DNA from: Agathobacter rectalis
GTDB lineage: Bacteria; Verrucomicrobiota; Kiritimatiellia; RFP12; DVOR01
Assembly: GCA_963608725.1 (NCBI GenBank)
Contig: CAVDHG010000001.1
Span: 1-27,092, forward strand
DNA length: 27,092 nucleotides
Direction of reading: 5' to 3'
Positions 9,121 to 17,383 of this stretch are shown here, one piece after another. The stretch's first letter is position 1, and the number at the start of each line of letters is the position of its first letter. The notes beneath the pieces were generated by a model. It was not told where the DNA came from, did not search any database, and saw only the letters and a program-made list of their open reading frames with translations. Both the position numbers and the translations under genes were made by a program.

Positions 9121-9941
9121 CGCCGCACCTCAATCTTGCCCCACTGCTCCAACTTGGAAGCGATGAAGTCGATGCACTGCGCCTGCGCGTCCTTAGCGGT
9201 CGCACGCGTAACCGGAATGACCGGCCCGCACGCAAAGCGCACGGGAATATCCGTGTTGACAGGTCCGAAGTCCTTCGTGTACTTCCCAACGCCCAGAAAC
9301 GCCGTTTGCCCCGCCACCGGCACCACCGGCACGCCCGCATTCTGCGCCAACTTCACGCCCAGCGTATTGAAGTGGTGGCAGTCGAAGAAGGGCTGACGCG
9401 TCCCCTGCGGGTAGAGTAGAACCGACGCCTTGTCCTCCAAGAGGTAACGCTCCCCCTGATCGAGCACCAACTTCAGATCCGCCCGCGGGTCGACGCGCCC
9501 AACGGGGATGACCTTACGCGAGGCGAAGGTCTTCCCCACCCACGGCACGTTAAGCAACGAATGCTTTAGGACGATTGCCACCTCCCCATACGCCAGGAGC
9601 AACGGCGGGAACGCGAAGGTCTCGTAAAGGCTCATGTGGTTTGACACCACCACCACGGGCCCCACGCCTTCCAACTGCTTAAAGCCCTCGAGAATCACCT
9701 CCGTGCCCAGACGCTCCGTCTCCCAGAAGAGGTTGAACCCGCACTCCTGCCACCGCTGATCGTTAAAGGTGCCCCGATGTGCCAGCCACCCGCCACGCCA
9801 CATCGAGCCGCCCAACGCCCGCAAGTTAAACGCCAGCGACGTCCCCACGCCGTTCTTGCGCCGTTTGCCCAACGCTTCCGGAGGCGTCCGGTACTCCCCC
9901 GTCGCCTTAAACTGCTCCATGAAGGTCTCGACCTGTCGCAT
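9117..9941 (-). CDS. Lysophospholipid acyltransferase family protein (PlsC-like)
   Basis: Block I SNHMSLYE, IPVGR, block III YPQGTR, block IV VPVVPVA. Confidence 0.8.
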   Translation of the reverse strand: MRQVETFMEQFKATGEYRTPPEALGKRRKNGVGTSLAFNLRALGGSMWRGGWLAHRGTFNDQRWQECGFNLFWETERLGTEVILEGFKQLEGVGPVVVVSNHMSLYETFAFPPLLLAYGEVAIVLKHSLLNVPWVGKTFASRKVIPVGRVDPRADLKLVLDQGERYLLEDKASVLLYPQGTRQPFFDCHHFNTLGVKLAQNAGVPVVPVAGQTAFLGVGKYTKDFGPVNTDIPVRFACGPVIPVTRATAKDAQAQCIDFIASKLEQWGKIEVRR

Positions 9942-9947
9942 TGCCTG

Positions 9948-10808
9948 CTACCTTTCCGGATTCTTCGAACTCTCGTCACGCGCACTCGGCTTCGACCCCG
10001 CACCGCGATGCACCGGGAACCTCCCCTGCAACGCCTCCTCTGCCACCGTGCGCGTATCCATGGGGAAATCGCTCTTGAGCATCCACTTGAGGAAGGAACG
10101 CCCGTCCTTGTTGTCCGCCGCCAAGTCCTTGAGCTTCATGCCCTTCTTCTTGCCGAAGTTGACGCATACTTCGCCATCGATCCAACGCCACCGCCCGAGG
10201 CGATCGACGTTGAGCGGGTCTTGCGGGTTGAACATCTTATCGAGCGCGCCCATATCGCGGGGCAAATCGGGGTAACGCGCAAATTGCCCTTTGAGCACTT
10301 CAAGCGTGGCTTCGGCGTCGGCTGCCGCGCCATGCGCCGCCTCCCCGAGATCCTTCCCGCAGTAGAACTTGAGGGCTGCGGTTAGGTCGCGAGGCTCGCG
10401 CTTGTGGTAGATCCGCTGGGCATCGAGGAGCCGCCGTCCATCCGGATGAAAGGTCGTAATCCCGCAACGCAGGAACTCTTCGTTGAGGATTTGCGAATCG
10501 AAATAACCTGCCGAGAAGCCCGCGAGGTCGCAACCGTCGAAGAAGGCATAGATTTCCGCAGCCTTTTCGGCGAAGGTTGGGCAATGCTCCACTTCGGCAT
10601 CCGTAATGCCGTGAATGGCGATCGACTCCACGGGGATACGCATCTGCGGATTGAGCAACCACTCGCGATCCTCCCGGGAACCGTCCGGATTCAGGCGGAT
10701 CGCCGCCAATTCCAGGATGCGGTCGGCACGCGGACTAATCCCCGTCGCTTCAATATCGAAGACAATGAGGGGACACTGCAACGCGATTGGAAACTCACTC
10801 CGCTTCAT
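9948..10808 (-). CDS. DEDDh 3'-5' exonuclease (DnaQ/epsilon-like) with ExoX-like C-terminal domain
   Basis: ExoI FDIEATG, IHGITD, ExoII YFD, ExoIII HGAAAD; C-terminal NFGKKKG...FLKWML. Start trimmed to ATG 10808; the 5' extension runs through repeat copy B. Confidence 0.87.
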   Translation of the reverse strand: MKRSEFPIALQCPLIVFDIEATGISPRADRILELAAIRLNPDGSREDREWLLNPQMRIPVESIAIHGITDAEVEHCPTFAEKAAEIYAFFDGCDLAGFSAGYFDSQILNEEFLRCGITTFHPDGRRLLDAQRIYHKREPRDLTAALKFYCGKDLGEAAHGAAADAEATLEVLKGQFARYPDLPRDMGALDKMFNPQDPLNVDRLGRWRWIDGEVCVNFGKKKGMKLKDLAADNKDGRSFLKWMLKSDFPMDTRTVAEEALQGRFPVHRGAGSKPSARDESSKNPER

Positions 10809-10816
10809 AGCTCTCC

Positions 10817-10825
10817 ATTCTAGCA
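10817..10825 (-). promoter_or_regulatory. Extended -10 promoter of the exonuclease operon
   Basis: TGcTAGAAT ends 8 nt upstream of the ATG; no good -35. Confidence 0.55.
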
Positions 10826-10860
10826 CATCTCCCGCCCCCCAACACCTCTCCGCCCCACCA

Positions 10861-10943
10861 CCCCCCGCAACCGCGTTTGGGGTCTCTCCGCACCGCGATT
10901 GACCCGATCGCGGTGCGGACACCGGGGAAACTCGGTTGCGGGG
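10861..10943. repeat. Intergenic palindromic repeat, copy B (3 modules)
   Basis: Outer IR CCCCGCAACCG/CGGTTGCGGGG; perfect 13-bp inner IR TCCGCACCGCGAT (10887-10899)/ATCGCGGTGCGGA (10907-10919). Confidence 0.92.
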
Positions 10944-11088
10944 CATTTTCCGGGAGAGACCGGAGCGGTTTTGCATAAGTGCTTGAGTTTTCGTCGGGCG
11001 ATTCGCGTAGATTTCGCGATAAGGGCTTACCCTTGCTGGGGATGTACCGAAATGTTCAGTACTTGGGGGCGGAGAGGGGTGAATTTTG

Positions 11089-11188
11089 AACCTAAAAAGG
11101 GGGGTGTCCGCACCGCGATCGGGGTGAGTCCGGTTCGCGTTTGGGTGAAACGCGGTGCGGAGAGACCCGAAACTCGGTTGCGGGGGGG
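11089..11188 (-). repeat. Intergenic repeat, copy C (3 modules plus 1 degenerate), inverted relative to B
   Basis: Its reverse complement aligns ungapped with copy D2 (68/80 identical, hand count); ends 7 nt from the UbiA stop codon. Confidence 0.92.
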
Positions 11189-11195
11189 TGTGGGG

Positions 11196-12092
11196 TTAGG
11201 AGCCGGCGAAGAAGCGACCGGAGAGGTTGGCAAGGATCCAACAGGTCAGGAGCGCCCCGGTTACGCCGAGAGCCACTGGGGAGGGGTAGGCAAGCAGGCA
11301 CCAGAGGAGTTGCAGAAGGATCGTATGGCGGATAAGCCCGGCGACAAACGCAGGAAGTCGTTGCTCGGTAAGGAGAAGCGGAATCAGGGCTACGGAGGCA
11401 AGGAGGGGAGAAGCGTGGAAGCCGAGACCCAGAGCCCAGAAAAGCGGAATCAGGGCAAGCGTCATCCAAAAGGGCAACCAACGGGTTCCCTTGCGGAGGC
11501 GGGCGCGGGGGGAGGCTTCGTTCAGCGCAACGGCAGAGACGAGAATAATATAGGCAGTAAAGAAGAGTGTGGCAAGGAGGAGGGTTGGGGAGAGGGGGAT
11601 CGTGGCGGAAGACCACGACACGGCAGCTCCGAGCAGGACATTCGCACCTCGACAGCACCCCATGCAAAAAATCCCCACGCCGGGGATGTGTTTGGCGATG
11701 GCGTCATAGAGCAGAATCAACCCCGCGAGCAGGAGGGCGAGTTGCCAACCGCGTCCGGCAAGGAGAACGCCCATGACCGCGAGGATGCACGCGATGCGGA
11801 AGACGGCAGAGCGCGAGATGCGCCCGGAGGGGATGGGGCGCGAGGGACGCTCCGCGGCGTCGGTGCGGGCGTCAAAGGCGTCGTTCCAGAGGAGTCCGGC
11901 ACTATATAAGAGGAGGGAAGCTCCAATCCCGCAGAGGGGAACCCAGCCTCGCATTCCGCTCAGGCACCAGCCGACAAGGACGTCGCCGGGGACGGTGAAG
12001 AGGTTGGGCAAGCGGAGCAACTCCAACCAACCGCGAAGCCCCAGGCGTTTGGTGCGTGGGGCGCGGGGTTTGTGACGGGTTCGGGGAGTCAT
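11196..12092 (-). CDS. UbiA-family prenyltransferase (EboC-like)
   Basis: LLRLPNLFTVPGD N-terminus, Asp-rich NDAFDARTDAAERPSRPIPSG, LYD, MGCCRGANVLLG; multiple TM helices. Confidence 0.85.
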   Translation of the reverse strand: MTPRTRHKPRAPRTKRLGLRGWLELLRLPNLFTVPGDVLVGWCLSGMRGWVPLCGIGASLLLYSAGLLWNDAFDARTDAAERPSRPIPSGRISRSAVFRIACILAVMGVLLAGRGWQLALLLAGLILLYDAIAKHIPGVGIFCMGCCRGANVLLGAAVSWSSATIPLSPTLLLATLFFTAYIILVSAVALNEASPRARLRKGTRWLPFWMTLALIPLFWALGLGFHASPLLASVALIPLLLTEQRLPAFVAGLIRHTILLQLLWCLLAYPSPVALGVTGALLTCWILANLSGRFFAGS

Positions 12093-12113
12093 GGCATCCG
12101 GAGCACGGGGGAG

Positions 12114-13643
12114 CTAGTGCTTATGCCTGTGCGAGAAGGTGTTGCGGATGCTTTCGATGGCGGCGCGTTGTTGTGCCTTGCGTTGCGCTTCCTTGCGCTT
12201 CTCCAGGGCGGATGCGATCGCCGAGCCGATGGCGTAGAGCACGAGCAGAGCCAGCAAGCCACCGCCCGCCCAGATCCACCACGGTTGCGAGGCGTCCTGC
12301 TCTTGAGCCTGTTGCGCCTGCGTGCGAATGTGCGCGAGGTCGGCTAGGAGGGGCGAAATGGGGTCATCCTTAATAAACTGCGCGAGGGCTCGCCACTCCG
12401 AGGTCTGCGCATAGCTTCGCAACGCCTCCGGAATGCGCTGGGGGGCGAAGTCGGCTTGCGCGGACTCGGCTTGCGCGATGCGGTCGGCGGGATTCTGCAG
12501 GGCGCGGATGGAGGCGATGCGTTTGCGGAGGGAGGATTCGTGTTCGGCGCGTTGGGTCGAAGCGGTGATGAAAAGACCGTTGAGGGCGACTTGCACCTCC
12601 GGAAGGGCGTCGCAATCGTGGTATTCAGCGAAGAGCGGGAGGAGAGCCGTCATGCCCTTGAGGGGATCGGGGAGGCGTTGCGCCTGAGCGATGGCGTTGC
12701 GAAGGGCGGTGCGCTGGGCTTGCTTCTGGGCGGAATTGGCTTTCTTTTCGTCCCGCCACGCCTCCAGCTCGGCGCGAATCTTGGCGACGTGCGACCACTG
12801 GACGGACTGCTGACGCGCCTCGGGCAATGCGTCAATCTGGGTCAACGCCTTCTCCGGGTCCTGGATGCCCTGCAGACGCTGGAGATCCGCGCTCATCAGT
12901 TGCGTTTGCTCGCGAGCGGAGAGGGAGGGCTTTAGGGTGGAGTTCAGGTGAGAGACGGCTTGCTCGGCAAGTTGCGAAATGCGGGCTTTGAGTTTGTCTT
13001 TGTCCGGAACCTTCCCGGTGTCGCGACAGAATTCGCAAGAGGTGCGCCCGCCCTTGCAGTCCGGGCACTTCCCGGAGCCGTTACACGCGGGGCAACGACT
13101 CCGCGTTTTGGTCGCATTCTTGAGGGAGAAGTTGCTTGAGCCTTGGAAGGAGGAGGCGTTCTGCTGTTGGACGAGGATGCCACGCCCCCGGCAACGCTTG
13201 CACCTGCCCGTGGCGTCGCAGGTGCGACACTTCGATTCCCAGTTGCAGAAGGAGCAGGCGGTCAGGGCGTCGGAGATATTGGCGAGCTTCAGGAGCGCGG
13301 GGTCTTTAACGCTCTTGCGCAGGGCGAGGGCTTGGGTGCGGTAATCCTCCAGCTCGCCATCGAGGGCGCACTTGAGGACGCTGAGGGTTTGGCAGAGGGC
13401 GGCGAGGGTGGCATCGTCATTCGGCGTCTCCGAGCGGAGGACGCGCCAAGCCACGGCGGAGGTCGGCTCCTTCTGCAAGGTTACGAGCGCGTCATAACGC
13501 GAGAGCTCGGCAGAGGGGGGCAACTGCAGTTCGAGGGCTTCCCGGTAGAGGTTCGCGACGCGTTGCTCGTCGTATGCCGCGTGTGCCACGGAGGCACCGC
13601 ACAGGAGGAGCAGGAGCAAGAGATGTCGGATGAGCTGTGGCAT
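12114..13643 (-). CDS. Exported hypothetical protein with DnaJ-like CxxCxGxG zinc-finger region and C-terminal membrane anchor
   Basis: Signal peptide (..VAHA), six CxxC pairs, helical middle region, TM WWIWAGGGLLALLVLYAIG, basic tail. Start ATG 13643. Confidence 0.75.
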   Translation of the reverse strand: MPQLIRHLLLLLLLCGASVAHAAYDEQRVANLYREALELQLPPSAELSRYDALVTLQKEPTSAVAWRVLRSETPNDDATLAALCQTLSVLKCALDGELEDYRTQALALRKSVKDPALLKLANISDALTACSFCNWESKCRTCDATGRCKRCRGRGILVQQQNASSFQGSSNFSLKNATKTRSRCPACNGSGKCPDCKGGRTSCEFCRDTGKVPDKDKLKARISQLAEQAVSHLNSTLKPSLSAREQTQLMSADLQRLQGIQDPEKALTQIDALPEARQQSVQWSHVAKIRAELEAWRDEKKANSAQKQAQRTALRNAIAQAQRLPDPLKGMTALLPLFAEYHDCDALPEVQVALNGLFITASTQRAEHESSLRKRIASIRALQNPADRIAQAESAQADFAPQRIPEALRSYAQTSEWRALAQFIKDDPISPLLADLAHIRTQAQQAQEQDASQPWWIWAGGGLLALLVLYAIGSAIASALEKRKEAQRKAQQRAAIESIRNTFSHRHKH

Positions 13644-13657
13644 AGAAAGACCCCTTC

Positions 13658-14431
13658 TTACCAGACGATTTCCCGCGCTTCGAATATGGGGCCGTCCACG
13701 CAAACGCGCTTGAGGACATCGGCGCCATTGGAGCGAATCTTCTGCACGCAGGCGAGGCAGGCACCCGTGCCGCAGACCATGTGCTTATCGAGGGAGAGCC
13801 AGCCTTTGACGTTGTGGGCAATCGCCCGGTCGCCCACGGCGCGGAGCAACCCATCGGGACCGCACGCGTAAAGCTCGACGTCTCGCGTCGTCTCCAGCGC
13901 GGCATCCAGAGGCGCGGTTACGAGTCCTTTCGTGCCCAGCGAGCCATCCTGCGTGGCGATGTGAACCTCCCAGCCCGCCTCCTGAAAGGGCGCGACTTCC
14001 AGGATGTCCTGCGTCGTACGCCCGCCAACGAAGAGTGCACCCTTGCGCGGAAGACGGGAGGCGAGGAACCACAGGGGAGCGACGCCGTATCCGCCACCGA
14101 CGAGGAAGGGCGTACCGGCGGGTTCGAGCGGGAAACCGCGCCCAATGGGGCCCATGATCGGGAGGGTGGTGCCGACGGGAAGCTGCGCCAGGTGCGCGGT
14201 GCCCGAGCCGACCACTTTGTAGAGGATGCGGATTTGCCCCTTGGCGGGCGAGGCGTCGTAAATGCTGAATGGGCGGCGCAACCGGGAGGCTTCGAGGGTC
14301 GGGATGCGGATGTGGACGAATTGTCCCGGCTCGGCGCGCTCGGCGATCTCGGGGACAGCCAAGGTGAGGACGCGGTAGCTCTCCGAGAGCGGGCGGATGT
14401 CGAGAATCGTTGCCTTGCAGTCGAGGATCAT
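13658..14431 (-). CDS. pyrK: Dihydroorotate dehydrogenase electron-transfer subunit-like FAD/[2Fe-2S] oxidoreductase
   Basis: PGQFV, RRPFSI, GGGYGVAP, ACGP, CGTGACLAC...CVDGPIF. Start ATG 14431 forms an ATGA overlap with the kinase stop. Confidence 0.85.
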   Translation of the reverse strand: MILDCKATILDIRPLSESYRVLTLAVPEIAERAEPGQFVHIRIPTLEASRLRRPFSIYDASPAKGQIRILYKVVGSGTAHLAQLPVGTTLPIMGPIGRGFPLEPAGTPFLVGGGYGVAPLWFLASRLPRKGALFVGGRTTQDILEVAPFQEAGWEVHIATQDGSLGTKGLVTAPLDAALETTRDVELYACGPDGLLRAVGDRAIAHNVKGWLSLDKHMVCGTGACLACVQKIRSNGADVLKRVCVDGPIFEAREIVW

Positions 14432-17370
14432 AGCTTTTGCTCCTTCGTGTCGGTCTCGCGGGTGGCGGGTTCGGTTGCGGGCTTCTCCGCGGTGGCGGGC
14501 AGGACGCGGGATCGCAGAGGCTGAGGCTTGGGTGGCGCACCGCGCAGACGCTTCAGCTCCTGGTTGACCACGGCTGCTGCCGCCATCTTCCCGCGCTTGG
14601 TCAGCTCCGTCTTCTGCTTCTCCAGGCGCAGGACAACCTCCTGAATGGCACTCTGCTTGGCAACGTCCAGCTCGCGGTTCACCAGATTGAGGCGTTCGAG
14701 GAAGGTCTCCTGGAGTTGACGCAAGCGGGGCGGGTAGTCCACGACATTTTCTGCCGAGAGCGTGTTCGTCTCGGTGAAGCGTGCCACTTCGCGGGAAACT
14801 TCCTCCCACGGGTTGAAGTCGCCCGCCCGGCGGAACTCCTCGGTCAGCGCGACCAACGCCGCGCTGTACTGCTGGGGCCAGTCGCCGAGCTTGGCGTTCG
14901 CCTCTTGGGTCAACTCTTCAAGCTTGCCACGCAGGACTTCGCTCCCCTTGCGCAGTTGCTCCAAGATGGCGGCGGTCTCCTGTCCGTCGCCGGAGTCTGA
15001 CGCGCTGGCGTAGAAGGCGGGGGAGACGCCGGCACCGAATGCGTTCCCTCGCGAAGCCAGACGCTCCTCGGCGGAGACAACATCCGGAATCAGGCGCACG
15101 CGCTGGATCTCCTGACTGATCACCCCGGCAAGCTCCATCTCTCCGCGTTGGGTATACCCCTTCCGGAGTTCGTCCAGCGCGGCAATGTACCGCTTGGAGG
15201 CAAGGACAATCTGCCTCGACATCAGGGCGAGCTGTTCCTCGCGCATCTGCCCCACGCGGTTCTTTAGGGAGAGGAGCCCCTCGGAATCGCCCTCGTGGGC
15301 AACGCCGATAGCGTTACTCTCCGCGTACTCTTCGAGAGCCTTCTGCGTGGAGACCACGGCGTCGTAATTCCCCTCCGATTGCGCGGAACGGCGAAGGTTC
15401 GTCAAGCCTTGGCTGTACTGGAGGGCAAGCGTGGACTCCTGCGTCTGCAGCCGCGCCTTAAGCTCGGCGAGCGACTTTTCGAAGGTTAAACGCTTCGCCT
15501 CGGCATCGGGGGGGAGGGGCGCGGTAGCCATCTCAAGGGGCGAAGTGTCTGCGCTCGCGCTAAAGTAGTCTCCCAACGTTTTCCCGTTGTCCACCCACGC
15601 GACGTATGCTGCCATCGCATCATTCACTTTGGGGAGGGAGGCAAGCAGGCGCACGGGAGCATAGAGCGCAGCGGGGAGGGCGTTAAAGGAGCCTCCGCAG
15701 AGCTTCGCCACCCACGGCACGGAGAGCACGTAGAGAAGCACTAGCACCGCGATGCAGCACCCCCAGCGCACGCGCCTCAGGTGACGGGCGTGCCTGCGGA
15801 TTTGCGAGCAGATGTCCCGATACTCGGGCTTGTCGCCGTGCTTGGCTGCCATGCTCTCGGCGAGGTGCTTGGCGGTGAGCCAATCCCGGTTGCGAATGCA
15901 CTGGCGGATCCGCACGAGGTCGCGGGCGAAGATCTGATCGGGGATTGCCTTCAGCTCATCCTCATAGACGTGCGGATCTTCGTTGAGTTCTCGGAATTCT
16001 TCGATGAAGGCTTGGGCGCGCTCGTAGTTCTCCGCCTTCAGCTCGTTGGGAATCAACGTTGCCAAGCGGTTGCGCCGAGCCACCTTGCGCTCGGCATCCT
16101 CCACGCGCTCGTGCGCTTGCGCAAGCAATTTACGCCCGGTGGGCCCGGCGGGCTCGAAGCCGTGCAGACGCCCCGCGATGGAGGCTATGCGCTCGAAGTG
16201 GCGCGTCTCCCACGCCGATTCAATGAGGCGCGAAATGGAGGCAACGTGTTCGTACATCCGGCAATCTGCACCACAGCTCGGGCAGAACTGCTGACCGATA
16301 AACGTCTCCGCGCCACACTCCAGGCAGTGCTCGCTACCGTCCCACCCGCATTCCGCGCAGAACTTCGTGGAAACGGGGTTAACCGCGTCGCACCACTTGC
16401 ACCGCCAGGTGGTCTTGATGGTGGGCGCGATGGTGCGCCCGTGATTCGCCGCTTCCGTCAGTGCCGAGACGAAGTCTTGCGCCGTGCGGTAGCGTTGTTC
16501 GCGGATCGTCTCCAAGCTCCGTTGCAACACCTCGCGCAGAAATGCCGGCACGTCCTGTTCGCGGTAGTAGCGCGGATTGTGCCCGGTGAGCAGGAAGTAG
16601 AGGACGGCTCCCAAGGAGTAGACGTCTGTACGCACATCGCTGGTCGAGGCGTCCTGCTCCAGCTCCGGAGCCGAGTACCCCAAGCTAATGAGTTTCTCCC
16701 CCGGGACGGTCAGTTCCTCCAGGCGCGTCTGCCCACCGCGGGGGGTAACGCGTGCCAACCCAAAGTCGACGAGCTTCGGTTCGCAGGAGACGTCTAGGAG
16801 GATGTTGGCGGGCTTGAGGTCGCGATGGATCACCCCGCAGCTGTGCGCGTAGACAATCGCCTTACCGATCTTCAGGATCATGCTCACCGCCTCATCGGCG
16901 GTCATGGGTCCGTGGCGGTTGATAAATTGCTCAAGGGTGAGGTTCTTGGTGGGCGCGACTTCGCTCTCGGGCGACTTGAGGATCTCCGTCGTTTGCGGGG
17001 GACCTGCCACATACTCCATTACGATGTAGGGCCCGAGCGCATCTTCGCCCAGCGCATAGATGTGCACGATGTAGGCGTGATTCAACGCCGCAACGGCGCG
17101 GGCTTCATGCAGGAAGCGCGTGCGCAAGACGCCGTCAGCCAGGGCGTGCTCGTTCAACCGCTTAATGGCGACATACCGCCCCAACCGCCGGTCGCGAGCC
17201 AGGTACACCACGCCCATCCCGCCGTCGCCGATCTTCCCGCAGATGGTGTAGTCGTTCGAGGGGTTACGCGAGGAAGCGTCCGCCCCCGAGGTGCCTTCAA
17301 CGGGGCGCAACGTCTCCCCCGGTCGCAGGACAACCGTGGCGTCGCTGGGGTCTCTCTCTGGCTCGTGCAT
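14428..17370 (-). CDS. Membrane-anchored Hanks-type Ser/Thr protein kinase with double zinc ribbon and helical C-terminal domain
   Basis: GDGGMGVVY, VAIK, HRDLKPANIL, DFG, APE, DVYSLG; CKWC/CAEC/CLEC/CPSC; one TM near 15700-15765. Start trimmed to ATG 17370 (MHEPER). Confidence 0.9.
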   Translation of the reverse strand: MHEPERDPSDATVVLRPGETLRPVEGTSGADASSRNPSNDYTICGKIGDGGMGVVYLARDRRLGRYVAIKRLNEHALADGVLRTRFLHEARAVAALNHAYIVHIYALGEDALGPYIVMEYVAGPPQTTEILKSPESEVAPTKNLTLEQFINRHGPMTADEAVSMILKIGKAIVYAHSCGVIHRDLKPANILLDVSCEPKLVDFGLARVTPRGGQTRLEELTVPGEKLISLGYSAPELEQDASTSDVRTDVYSLGAVLYFLLTGHNPRYYREQDVPAFLREVLQRSLETIREQRYRTAQDFVSALTEAANHGRTIAPTIKTTWRCKWCDAVNPVSTKFCAECGWDGSEHCLECGAETFIGQQFCPSCGADCRMYEHVASISRLIESAWETRHFERIASIAGRLHGFEPAGPTGRKLLAQAHERVEDAERKVARRNRLATLIPNELKAENYERAQAFIEEFRELNEDPHVYEDELKAIPDQIFARDLVRIRQCIRNRDWLTAKHLAESMAAKHGDKPEYRDICSQIRRHARHLRRVRWGCCIAVLVLLYVLSVPWVAKLCGGSFNALPAALYAPVRLLASLPKVNDAMAAYVAWVDNGKTLGDYFSASADTSPLEMATAPLPPDAEAKRLTFEKSLAELKARLQTQESTLALQYSQGLTNLRRSAQSEGNYDAVVSTQKALEEYAESNAIGVAHEGDSEGLLSLKNRVGQMREEQLALMSRQIVLASKRYIAALDELRKGYTQRGEMELAGVISQEIQRVRLIPDVVSAEERLASRGNAFGAGVSPAFYASASDSGDGQETAAILEQLRKGSEVLRGKLEELTQEANAKLGDWPQQYSAALVALTEEFRRAGDFNPWEEVSREVARFTETNTLSAENVVDYPPRLRQLQETFLERLNLVNRELDVAKQSAIQEVVLRLEKQKTELTKRGKMAAAAVVNQELKRLRGAPPKPQPLRSRVLPATAEKPATEPATRETDTKEQKL

Positions 17371-17383
17371 AATCGCTCTAAAG

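Noticed and set aside
8056..10943. Repeats as integron attC sites (AAC...GTT ends, about 80-bp palindromes)
   Set aside because: Ends are CCGCAAC/GTTGCGG, not RYYYAAC/GTTRRRY; they flank multi-gene housekeeping operons with their own promoters, and no integrase is present.
10899..11909. 336-aa plus-strand ORF starting in repeat B as a possible transposase
   Set aside because: Mostly antisense to the UbiA gene, low complexity, with no HUH or DDE motifs.
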